Positions 13,063-24,010 of a stretch of DNA of 64,000 bases are shown piece after piece (position 1 is the stretch's first letter; the number at the start of each line of letters is the position of its first letter). The stretch lies in NCBI RefSeq assembly GCF_963921235.1, contig NC_086097.1:180422001-180486000 (forward strand), read 5' to 3'. The translations under genes and the position numbers were made by a program. The stretch is from Mobula hypostoma (Eukaryota). The notes below the pieces were generated by a model. The model saw only the letters and a program-made list of their open reading frames with translations, did not search any database and was not told where the DNA came from.

Positions 13063-13800
13063 CAGTACTGCCTCTCCAATGGCGCAGTGCTCCCTCAGTA
13101 GGGCCCCTCCCACAGTATAATTCCTCCTCAAACCATGCAGTGACTCCCCTTGATAGTGGCCAATAGTGCAGTGCTCCTTCAGTACTACCCATCTGACATC
13201 ACAACTCTCCCTCAGTACTGCCCCTCCTACAGTGTAACTCACCCCCAGTATTGCCCTTTCCACAATATAACTCCCCCTCAGTATTGCCCCCCACAATATA
13301 AATCCCCCTCAGCACCACCCCTCCCACAGTATAACTCCCCGTCAGCACCGCCCCTCCCACAGTATAACTCCCCCTCAGCACTTCCCTTCCCACAGTATAA
13401 CTCCCCCTCTGCACTGACCCCCCCACAGTATAACTCTTCCTCAGCACTGCCCTTCCCACAGTATAACTCCCACTCAGCACTTCCCTTCCCACAGTATAAC
13501 TCCCCCTCAGCACTGCCCCCCCACAGTATAACTCCCCCTCAGCACTGCCCCCCCACAGTATAACTCCACGTCAGCACCGCCCCTCCCACAGTATAACTCC
13601 CCCTCAGCACTTCCCTTCCCACAGTATAACTCCCCCTCAGCACTGCCCCCCCACAGTATAACTCCCCCTCAGCACTGCCCCCCCACAGTATAACTCCCAC
13701 TCAGCACTTCCCTTCCCACATTGTAACTCCCCATCAGCACTGCCCCTCCCACAGTATAATTCCCCCTCCAACCATGTAGTGACTCCCCTTGGTTGTGGCC
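13063..13800. repeat. 33-bp minisatellite (CAGTATAACTCCCCCTCAGCACTGCCCCTCCCA)
   Basis: About 20 head-to-tail units, homogeneous in the centre and degenerate at the left edge. Confidence 0.95.
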
Positions 13801-14411
13801 TCCAATAATCTGTAATACTCTGAAATCACTCCCTCCAACATAAATGTTTCAAGAGGTTCACTGTTTCCTTGTATCATGTTTATTCCTCAATCAGTATCAC
13901 TGATAAAACAAGAAACTGGAGAGACTCAGAATGCTTGCTTCATTTCATGGAAATGCTTGATGTAATTACTGAGAATTCTGGTTGTGGCAGTGTATTGGTG
14001 TGTGTGGTGTGTGTCAGGTGGCATATATATCAGTCATATCTAAAGCTGTTCGGTGTAAGGGTATGAAGTTCAGAGGGGATCTTAAGAAAATTTTCTTCTC
14101 CTAGAGGATGGCTGGAATGGACTGTCTGAAGGGTTGGCAAAGGCACAATATTTCAGAAGTATTGAAACAGGCAGTTGAATTCATAAAGTGCTAAAGACTA
14201 CGGAACAAATGGTGTCAGATGAATTAATCTAGATCAGTACTTGATGGACTGTATGAGCCTAGTGAGCCAAAGTGCCTTTTACCATGCTGTAACAGAAACA
14301 GTTAATGCTTCAATCAATAATGCTTCATTAGAACCAACCTGGACTTCTAATGAAATATTAACTGCTTCTCTCCTGATCCTATCTAAGGATTTCTTGAACT
14401 CTCTATTTGCA

Positions 14412-15200
14412 TCCAAATAAGTGCAGATGCTGGAAATCAGAAATATACGCTGAAAATGCTGGGAAATACTCAGAAAGTCATGCAGCATCTGAGGGAAGGA
14501 AACAAAGTTGATGTTTCCAGTTGAAAACCTTTCATCAGAACTTTTGAATTGGTGAAAACTGGTTGTAACTTACAGAGACATTGGAAAAGAGATGGAAAGG
14601 ACAAAGGGAATATCTGTCAGAGGATGAAGCCAGAGTGGCTTTGGCAATAGGCTGTGGAGATTATCCAGTTGGTTGGATGATGGAGACATATATATAGAGA
14701 GAGGAAATTAATAAAAGCTAAGAAATGGGGACACTTAAAGAGTAAAAACACAAATAAGGAACATAAAAATTGTGAAATGTAAAGATGTGGGTCACACCCA
14801 GTAGGTCAGACTATACTAATAGAGAGAGCAAAACTGAGCCAAGATTACAGATGGATGAATAACAGCAGGAATGGCCAGATCTGATACTTGAAAAGAAAGT
14901 ACATAGATCTTGTATGTTCAAGAAGCAACATTAATGCTGTTACTGATGTACCAAATAAAAAACTGAGGGGAAGGACCTGAGTAGGACTGAAACAAAGACT
15001 GATCCACATATTCCTCAAAAGACATGGCCTGGGTCCACCCAAGTTTCCATTGCTATATCCTTGAACCCTTGTTCTGGAGAAAATGTGTGGAGTTGAGGGA
15101 GAAGTTATTGAACGTGAGAATGGGTTCAGTCAAACAAATGAGTGTGTTGGTGGAGGAGAACTGGTTGGTTTCTCTCTCTGTATTTGTTCAGTCTGACTCG
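14412..15200 (-). mobile_element. Older Penelope-like fragment (endonuclease remnant + 3' end with hammerhead)
   Basis: LLEHTRSMYFLFKYQI remnant; tail GATGCTGC...CTGAGTATTTCCCAGCATTTT; motif at 14504..14544. Confidence 0.65.
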
Positions 15201-15879
15201 CTTAGTATACCTGACAGCCCTGAGTTTTGCAAATTTAAGTTCCTTTGTCTATGTTCTTGCTCTCTAACTCCTCTCAGTTCACAATTTCTGTTCACTTTCT
15301 CTCTAAATATCCATAATAATGCATCAACCAAAGAACCACTACAATTTATCACCACAGTAACGCTAACCTCACCCTCTGTCCTAACCATCCCTCCCCAATG
15401 TCTCTGCTATTTAAAACTAATTCTCTCTTTGCAAACAACCTTGGAACCTGAAACTTAAATCTGTTTCTCCTTCCGCAGATGTGCCCCAATCTGCTGAGCA
15501 TTTTCAGCACTTTTGTTTTAAATTCTCTTTTTTGGCTTTATTAATAAAAGGATGTGTTGATAGGTGAATGGGCAGTTTCTTCCTCATTCTGCATTATACT
15601 GGGGCTTTCTGTTCCCCATCTGCTCCCTGCTGCTCTGAATTTGCCTGAGCTGTTGTTCTATTTCTGGTCAGGTGCACTGTACTTCCTGCAGATGAGGGAG
15701 CCTCCCCATGGTTCAAAGCAGCTCACCACCACCACTACCCATGCAACAACAAATTACACCATGCCCCTTAAACAAACTTAGAAACAAAGCCATGAAATGG
15801 ATGGTTTTCTGATGTTTTGTACCTTCACACTGCTTAAGTGCAGTTATAGATTTCTAAACTGGTACAGTATAGAAATAAG

Positions 15880-16290
15880 CCCTTCACCCATCAAGTCCAT
15901 ACTGACAATCAATCACCCATTTACACTACTCCTAAGTTGATCCTACTTTTTCTCCCCACGTTCCCATCAACCCCTCCCAGACTCCAAACTTCACAAGGGG
16001 CAATTTACAGCGGACATTTCACCTACCAACCTGCATGTCCTCAGGATGTGGGAGGAAACTGGAGTAAATAGATCATAAAACATAGGACAATACAGCACAG
16101 TACAGGCCCTTCGGCCCACAATGTTGTGTCAACCTTTTAACCTACACCAAGATCAATCCAACCTTTCCCTCCCACACCCTTCCAATACCACACTGTCCCA
16201 GGGAAAACATGCAAACTCCACATGGACTGCACTGGAGGGCAGGACTGAACTCAGGTCACTGGCACTTTCGGGCAGTAGCTGTAGCAGCTG
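15880..16290 (-). mobile_element. V-SINE interrupted by a CR1 3' tail
   Basis: TGTGGGAGGAAACTGGAG...AAACATGCAAACTCCACA V-domain halves separated by a CR1 tail at 16070..16180. Confidence 0.65.
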
Positions 16291-16474
16291 TGTCATTGTA
16301 TCACCCATTTTGTTTCATGGGTGCACCCCTCAGGGTGAAGAAATTTCTCCTTTTAGGTTCCAAACAGCATACACCATTTATTCTTGGACATGATCTTTCA
16401 GGGCAAAGTCAGAGATATAGAGCAGAGGCAGGGAAGGCAGGGAAAAAACAAATTCAAAAAGCAGGTCAAAACTA

Positions 16475-16960
16475 AGGTAGGTTACCAAAACCTGACACAA
16501 TACTCCAAATTAGGCCTCACCAGTGTAATTGATTTATGAAGGCCAATATGCCAAAAGCTTTCCTTATGAACATATCTACCTGTGACATCTCCTTCAAAGA
16601 ATTATAGGTCTGTATTCCCAGATCCCTCTGTTCCATAGCGCTCCTCGGTGCTCTACCACTCACCATGTAAGACCTACCCTGGTTGGTCCTCCCAAAGTGC
16701 AACACCTCACACTTGTCAGCATTAAATTTCATCTACCATTTTTCAGCCCATTTCACCAGCTGGTCCAGATTCCACTGTAAACTTTGATAGTCTTCCTCTA
16801 CACCCCAATCTGGTTTTCATCCACAAATTTGTTCATCCATTTTACTGCATTATCATCCAGGTCATTGATAGAGACGACAAACAACAGACCCAGCACTGAT
16901 CCCTGCTGCACACCACTAGTCACAGGCCTCCAGTCAGAGGGGCAACCACTTTTTGACTTC
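16475..16960 (-). mobile_element. CR1 LINE RT fragment
   Basis: GVQQGSVLG..., MKFNADKCEVLHFGRTN, EQRDLG. Confidence 0.85.
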
Positions 16961-17214
16961 TGCGAACCTGTTACAAGGATCTACCCCTTAGTAATAATGA
17001 CCAGGGAGGCACAGAGAGAATCGGTAATTACCATCAAGTACCTTTATTGTCTCAATGGAATAACCAGTGAATTTACACAACCAACTGCCTGTGTACACAC
17101 CTATTAAGTTTTCCTGACCCTCCATGAACAGTCAAAGAAAAGAAAAGGTAATACCAGTAAAAAAAAAGTGTCTCTGCTGGCCATGTATTTCTCATGGTCC
17201 CGTTCTGAATCTCC

Positions 17215-17489
17215 ACCTGCAACTCTAGTTTTAACACCACCACCAACCCCCCCCCCACCACTCCCCCATACAGATATTAGTCCCCCTCAAGTTCAGGTGC
17301 AAATCATCCCTTCTGTACAGGTCCCAACTTCCCTGGAAGAGAGCCCAATGATCCAAACATCTGGAACCCTCCCTCCTGCACCAACTCCTTAGCCACATGT
17401 TAAACTGTATGATCTTCCTATTTCTGGCCTCACTAGTACATGACATGGATAGCAATCCTGAAATCACAACCCTGGAGGTCCTGTCCTTT
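17215..17489 (-). mobile_element. CR1 ORF1 (SGNH esterase-like), distal half; split by the Gypsy insertion
   Basis: MISGLL...NMWLRSWCRREG...DLYRRDDLHLN; continues at 23324. Confidence 0.8.
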
Positions 17490-19254
17490 AGTAGGTTTTC
17501 ACAAATAAAACAACGTGAGGCATTTCATTTTAAAGAAACCTATAACACATGTTATTGAACCCCAAAGCCTACACACAAAAGTGTGCTAAAACTCTTTACT
17601 AGACTGCGGGTAATATGCCGTGGTGTGATGTAGCCTAATGCCAAAGTTCTGGCCCATCGTAGCCCAGAGGTCCAAAATGAATCAGGGACTACAGTCAGAG
17701 GAAATATCAGATGGGGTCCCAAACTGAGCAACCCAGGTGCCAATGAATGCCAGAGCCACATCTGCAGTGTCGTCGATGCGAGAGGGATGACCTCTGGCCA
17801 CCTGTGATATGGTCCACCATGGTAAGAAGGTGTGTGAAACCACGGGAGGGGGGAAGAGGACCAATAACATCCACATTGGCATTGTCAAACTATCGTTCAG
17901 GGACCTCAAAATGTGCCATTGGCGCCTTAACATGACAGTTAATTTTTCTCCGCTGACACTCCACACTGGCTGCAGTCCAATCATGCACGTCCTATCTGAG
18001 GCCATACTAAACAAACTTTAGTGAAATCAGTTTCTGTGAGGCTTTCTGGCCCGGATACGAGAGGCCATGTATGAGGTCGCAAACAAGCCATCTCCAGTTT
18101 GCAGGCACTATGGGCGAGGGCAACCGGTTGAGACATCACACAGGAGAGAAACCCCAGCTTCCCTGAACATAATGTCAGCCAACCACAGGCCTGTGACTGC
18201 TGTTCTGTAAGCCTGGACCTCTGGATCAGTAGCTTGATTGGCTCCATGCCAGCATAGTCAAATCCCCATGTGTAAGGCCTCAGTAGTTGGCCATGACAGC
18301 CAATCAACCACGGCATTATTTTTCACCTTGATATGTTGTATATCAGTTGTGAACTCCGATATTTAGACCAGGTGGCATTGCTGCCGTGCGGACCAATGGT
18401 ATTATATTTTGTCCATTGTGCACAACTCGGAGTGTTTGCTAAACGAACACTGTGAAATGGTGACCCTCTAGAAGAAATCAAAAATGTTGGACAGCTAGAT
18501 AGAGCCTGAGAAACTCACTGTCAAACGTGCTGAACTTCCTTTCAGGGGGACGAAGCTGCCGGCTGAAGAAGGTGAGGGGCTGCCACACACCTCAGACCAG
18601 CTGTTTATGCACAGCACCCACAACACAGTCTGAAGTGTCAGTAGTGATGGCTATAGATGTATTGGGGAGTGGGTGCACCAGTAGGGCTGCATTGAAAAGG
18701 GCTTGTTTGGTATCATCAAATACCCTGGTCATGTCCACTAACCAGTCAAGCACATGATTATGGGTATTGCCTTAAAGCACACTATACAGGGGGAGCATAA
18801 GTTCAGCAGCTCGCAGAATGAAGTGGTGATAGAAACTCTCCATGTCTAAAAACTCTTGTAGTTTTTTAGTAGTGTGGAGCAGTGGGAAATCCATAAAAGT
18901 GGCTGCCTTTGACAGGAGGGGTTTCGCACCTTCTGCAGTGATGCGATGGCTGAGAAAGACAACGGTTCACAACTCAAACTGCCACTTAACAGGGTTAATA
19001 ATCAACCCATGTTGGCTTAAGCACTCAGAGGGTGCAGAGATGGGATACGTATTCCAATTTGGACGCACTGGCGCAAGTATGTCATCCAGGTAAACAAAAA
19101 GAAAATCTAAGTCTTTTAATACAGAATCTATCAGCCGTTGGAAAGTCTGTGCTGCATTTTTCAGTACAAGTAGCATGCACAAAAACACAAAAAGGCCAAG
19201 TGGCTGTTTTGTGAATGTCCTCCAAGCAGATGGATAGCTGATGGTCGTCCCTTA

Positions 19255-19296
19255 CTAGATAAAAGGCTGCATGTTCAAATCACGATGGGGTCAGCA
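19255..19296 (-). other. Extended primer-binding site: copy of the 3' half of tRNA-Trp(CCA)
   Basis: + strand CTAGATAAAAGGCTGCATGTTCAAATCACGATGGGGTCAGCA vs recalled vertebrate tRNA-Trp 3' half CCAGATCAGAAGGCTGCGTGTTCAAATCACGTCGGGGTCACCA (about 36/43). Confidence 0.75.
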
Positions 19297-20607
19297 GAAT
19301 CAGAATCAGGTTTATTATCACCGGCATGTGACGTGAAATTTGTTAACTTAGCAGCAGCAGCAGTTCAATGTAATACATAGCCTAGCAGAGAGAAAAAAAA
19401 ATAAAATAAAAATAATAATAAGAATAAACAAACAAGTAAATCAATCACGTATATTGAATAGATTTTAAAAAACGTGCAAAAACAGAAATACTGTATACAG
19501 GTATCCCCTGCTTTTCGAAAGTTCGCTTTACGCCACTTTGCTTTTACGAAAGACCTACATTAGTACCTGTTTTCGCTAACCGAAAGAAATCTGAAGAGGG
19601 TTTTCACTTTTATGAAAAAAGGCAAAAAGCGAAAATAGTGTTCAGCGTTTGTTTTGCAGCGAGCCATTATAGAGGCAGCACGCACCCCGAGCAGCGAGAG
19701 TGGCGCCGTCAAACTCTTTCCCCGGGAACTACACTCGGCATCTCAGCATCAAGCCGCCGTAGCTTTGAACTGTGTCTGTGAGCATCTGTGCTTTATCTCG
19801 ATTTATTTTGTGCATCCGTTAGCAAGGTATGCCCTAAGGTATCAGAAAAGCCTAAGAGAGCTCGTAGGGGTGTTACACTTAGCGTAAAACTGGACGTAAT
19901 TAAGCATTTCGATCGTGGTGAACGAAATAAAGATATTGTGCGTGCATTGAACTTGCCTGCGTCCACCATTCGTACTATTTACACACAGAGAGAAAGAATT
20001 TTGAAAGCTGCCGATGTTACTATTGGTTCTGCTAGTAGCAAAGTGGTCTCTTTTAGTTGGCATCCAGTAATGGATAAAATGGAAAGTCTATTGCTTGAGT
20101 GGATTGATGGGTGTACATAGTGTGTGTTCTGTTAAGTTATCTTATACAGTACTTAAAGAGAAATCAATCTTTTTAATAAGCTGAAACAGAAAGCACTGGA
20201 CGATGATGATGAAAGTGTTGTGAAAGTGGAATTTAAAGGTAGTCATGGGTGGTTTGATCGGTTTTTGAGGCAAGGGCAGGTTATTTTTTGGGTCTGGGAA
20301 CACTCAAAATTTTTTCCCATATAAATTAATGGTAATTGCTTCTTCGCTTTACACCAATTCAGCTTATGAAAGGTTTCATAGGAACGCTCTACTTTCGGAT
20401 AGCGGGGGAAATCTGTATTAAAAAAAAGTGAGGTGGTGTCCAAAGATTCAATGTCCATTTAGGAATTGGATACGACAGGGGAAGAAGCTGTTCCTGAAAT
20501 GCTGAGTGTGTGCCTTCAGGCTTCTGTACCTCCTACCTGATGGTAACAGTGAGAAAAGGGCATGCCCTGGATGCTGGAGGTCCTTAATAAATGGACGCTG
20601 CCTTTCT
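19297..20607 (-). mobile_element. Rex/Babar-like LINE 3' end inserted between Gypsy PBS and LTR, split by Tigger
   Basis: (GATTCT)n tail at 19297; coding end (PGHALFSLLPSGRRYRSL) at 20480..20607. Confidence 0.8.
19498..20415 (+). mobile_element. Tigger/pogo-like DNA transposon, internally deleted
   Basis: TIRs CAGGTATCCCCTGCTTTTCGAAAGT / ACTTTCGGATAGCGGGGGAAATCTG, TA on both sides; HTH_psq-like (VTLSVKLDVIKHFDRGE...STIRTI) and CENP-B-like (FKGSHGWFDRF) remnants. Confidence 0.9.
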
Positions 20608-20665
20608 AATATAGGTTTTTGCAAATAAAATGGTGAGGCTTTTCATGCTTAATGAAACCAGTAAC

Positions 20666-22553
20666 CAATGTTCCCTCTAATTTTTAGTAGTCAGTGTGCA
20701 CAAAAATCTTATGTTGTGCAAATTGTTTTTCTGTGACAAAAGTATGTGCGCACTGAATGCACACATGGGACAGTTTATGTAGGCTTACAAAATATTTGAT
20801 ATAAAACTGCACAGAATAACAACAAAATAACATGCATATTTAAGTCACACACAAAAAAAATGCTGGTGAACACAGCAGGCCAGGCAGCATCTATAGGAAG
20901 AGGCACAGTCGACCTTTTGGGCCAAGACCCTTTGTCAGGACTAACTGAAAGAAGAGACAGTAAGAGATTTGAAAGTGGGAGGGGGAGGGGGAGAGATGGA
21001 GCTAAGAGCTGGAAAGTTGATTGGCAAAAGGGATACGAGGCTGGAGAAGGGAGAGGATCATGGGACAGGAAGTCTAGGGAGAAAGAAAGGGGGAGTGGGG
21101 AAGCCCAGCGGGTGGGCAAGGAGTTATAGTGAGAGGGACAGAGGGAGAAAAAAAAAGAGAAAAAAAGGGGGGAAAGAAAAAAATCATAATAATGATAATA
21201 AATAAATAAATAAACAAACAAACAAACAAATAAATAAATAAGGGATGGGGTATGAAGGGGAGGAGGGGCATTAACAGAAGTTAGAGTAGTCAATGTTCAT
21301 GCCATCAGGTTGGAGATATTTAATTTTTATCATATTTAAGTCACTCAGTTATTTTTTCTCTCTCCTGTCTTTGGTATTTACCCATTCTTTGTAAACTCTA
21401 TCTTGATTAATAGAACTTCCATCCCATTGATAGCTTTTGATTCTCATTAACATATCCAAATGACATTCACCTAAACGGTTTCTCAGCTTGTTTTTGAGTT
21501 GCCTCGCTCACAGTCCACACTAGATGCAAGAAAGCTTCCCCCAATGTCCATCAACTGTGCAAGGTCACAAAACTGTTCATTTTGAAATACAAATGTCACC
21601 ATTTGATCAAAGTTTGAAATCGGTTTCGATTTAATTTTTTCTTGCACGGAAAATTTGAAATCATTAAACTGTCTAACTATTACAATATTTTCAGTTAGAA
21701 AATCATGATATTTTAGACATAAGGCATTAACTTGTTCATTGCCAAATGTGAAGTCACAATCTGCAATTGCGGAGAAATCAAAAGCTGACCATTCTTGTAC
21801 CTCAACTTTGATCTCCTCTGGGTTTGATTGTCTTCGCTTTCGCTCATCTACACTCAACCGTAACATGTGTAGCACTCCTGGAACAGGTAATGACAGGTTC
21901 TGTTGCCTGAGCTTTTATACACCGTCCGAATGTGATTTACTTGCCAAATGACGCTTCAAAAAGTCGTTTCCAAATATTATCCCACTTCTTTCCACTAGCA
22001 AGTTCTCCAGCAACTTTTGCATCAGGACAATACAAACAGGTAACTCCAGTTTCTGAATCATTCATAAATATTTCTCGTAGCTGAACATTCATGACCTCAT
22101 GAGCTTTCAGTGTAACAATTTCTACTATTTTGTTAAGCCATTCAACTTTAAACAAGTTTGCAGTTCTTTTGCGTTTCACGCCCTTCGCTTCTTTTGAATT
22201 CGACATAGAGAATCAATATTTTTTCCAATAAAAACTTAGTAAGCTATCTACAGGATTTGAAACAGATCTTTGTAAACTTTACGATATGAACGTGGCTGCC
22301 GCCGTGATGCAGCTGTACAAACCGAAACAGGATAGGTGAGGTGACGTAAATTAGTGATGTGCATTGTGGTATTTGAAAAACTGACTAACTAGTTAACAGA
22401 AACAGTTAGCTAAAAGATTATTTTCAATAAGTATAATTATTAACTACTACATTATTTTAGGTAACTAACCTTTTGTGCGCACATTAATTTCCTTTGTGCG
22501 CTGGTTGAAAAACATGTGCATGCACACACGTGCACAGCTTAGAGGGAACTATG
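20666..22553 (-). mobile_element. hAT DNA transposon (deleted) inserted in the Gypsy LTR
   Basis: TIRs CAATGTTCCCTCTAA / TTAGAGGGAACTATG; 8-bp TSD CCAGTAAC / CTAGTAAC; N-terminal FKVEWL..CLYC region (21937..22206) and dimerisation motif ASSVDCERG (21483..21875). Confidence 0.9.
20845..21315 (-). mobile_element. Penelope-like 3' end nested in the hAT
   Basis: LQPDGMNIDYSNF end, 3' UTR similar to the 39022 element, mutated hammerhead. Confidence 0.85.
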
Positions 22554-22689
22554 CTAGTAACATATTTAATTGAACACCAATACCTACACACAAGAAAATG
22601 CTAAAGCTCTTTATGTAAAAACGTCATCATGTCAAACCAGCCGCTTAAAGTGAAACCCCAGCTCAATCTCAATGGTTGTGAATTACGTA

Positions 22690-23294
22690 TTGCATTTATT
22701 CCAAGGGGAATAGAATATAAAAGCAAGGAGATAATGCTGAGGAGTCATAAGACACAAGTCAGGCCGCACTTGGAGTATTGTCAACAGTTTTGGGCCCCAT
22801 ATCTCAGAAAGGATGTGTTGTTATTGGAAAGAGTCCAGAGAAGGTTCATGAGAATGATTCCGGGAATGAAGGGTTTAACATATGAGAAGTGTTTGGCAGC
22901 TTTGGGCCAGTACTCAGTGGAACTTAGAAAAATGCATGGGGATCTCATTGAAACCTACTGAATGTTGAAAGGACTAGATAGGGTGGATACGGAGAGGACG
23001 TTTCCTATAGTGGGGGTATCCAGAACTAAAGGGCACAGCCTCAAAATTGAGGAGCAACCTTTCAGAACAGAGTTAGGGAGGAATACTTTTAGCCAGAGAG
23101 TAATGAATCTGTGGAATGCTCTGCCACAGACTGTGGTGGAGGCCATCCATGAGTATATTTAAGGTGGTCATGGATATGATGAGAAGGCAGGTGTATGGGG
23201 TTGAGTGGGATCCAGGATCAGCCACGGTAGAATGATGGAGCAGACTCAATAGGCCGAATGGTCTAATTCTGCTCCTATGTCTTATGATCTTATG
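22690..23294 (+). mobile_element. CR1 3' end inserted in the Gypsy LTR
   Basis: VRPHLEYC..FWAPYLRKDV.LLERVQRRF, FSQRVMNLWNALP; (TCTTATG)n tail. Confidence 0.9.
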
Positions 23295-23323
23295 TACATT
23301 TTTCCCATTTGCATTATCCTACA

Positions 23324-24010
23324 CCTTAACTTAGCACCTAACTCCCCGAACTCATTTTTCAGGACCTCATCACTGTTCCTACCCAAGTCTTTGGTACCGA
23401 TGTGGACCACAGTCTCTGGCTGCTCACCCTCACACTTAAGAATGCTGAGGATTCAATCCGAGATATCCCTGACCCTGGCACCCGTGAGGCAAGAAACCAT
23501 CTGGGAATCTCATTCTCATCCACAGAACCTCCTTTCTGTTTCCCTAACTAACAAATTCCCTAGCGCACCTCTTCTTCCTCCTTCCCTTCTGAGCCACAGA
23601 GCCAGACTCAGTATCAGTGACCAGACCACTGTGGCTTTCCTCTACTGGGTTATTCCCCCCAACATTATCCAAAGCGTTAAACCTGTTGTTGAGGGGAATG
23701 GCCACAGGGGTACTCTGCACTAGCTGCCTATCCCCTTTCCCCATCCTGACGGTCACCCTGTTATCTGTGTCTTATGTGTAACCTCCTCCCTGTATGGCCA
23801 ATCTATCAACCCCTCAGCCTCCAGAATGACCAGGAGTTCATCTAGTTCCAGCTCCAACTCCTTAACATGGTCTGTTAGAAGCTGCAGCTGGATTCACCTA
23901 TTGCAGATGTAATTGTCAGAAACACTGGAGGTCTCCCTGTCTTCCCACATCCCACAAGAGGAGTATTCCACTATTCTGCTTGACACCTCCACTGCACTAA
24001 ACGTGCAATA
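23324..24010 (-). mobile_element. CR1 ORF1 proximal half
   Basis: PVAIPLNNRFNALD motif; sequence resumes where 17489 stops (GTCCTTT|AACTTAGCACC). Confidence 0.75.

Larger units (their letters stand above)
17490..23323 (-). mobile_element. Internally deleted Ty3/Gypsy LTR retrotransposon carrying several nested insertions
   Basis: LTR copies at 17490..~17600 and ~20610..23323 (termini GTAGG.../...CCTACA); integrase remnant 17600..18100, RNase H ~18450..18750, RT DFLFVYLDDIL ~19080; tRNA-Trp PBS at 19279..19296. Confidence 0.85.

Noticed and set aside
13063..13800. CRISPR-like array or proline-rich ORF (PQYNSPSAPPL repeats)
   Set aside because: Units are head-to-tail with no unique spacers; the ORF is a by-product of a 33-nt period; the DNA is eukaryotic.
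19255..19296. tRNA-Trp gene
   Set aside because: Only the 3' half, including the CCA position, at the PBS position of a Gypsy element.
19788..20120. Domesticated TIGD/CENP-B-like gene
   Set aside because: Lies between TIRs with TA duplication, is truncated, and lacks the DDE domain.
21483..22206. ZNF862-like host gene
   Set aside because: Fragments of a deleted hAT transposase between TIRs and an 8-bp TSD.
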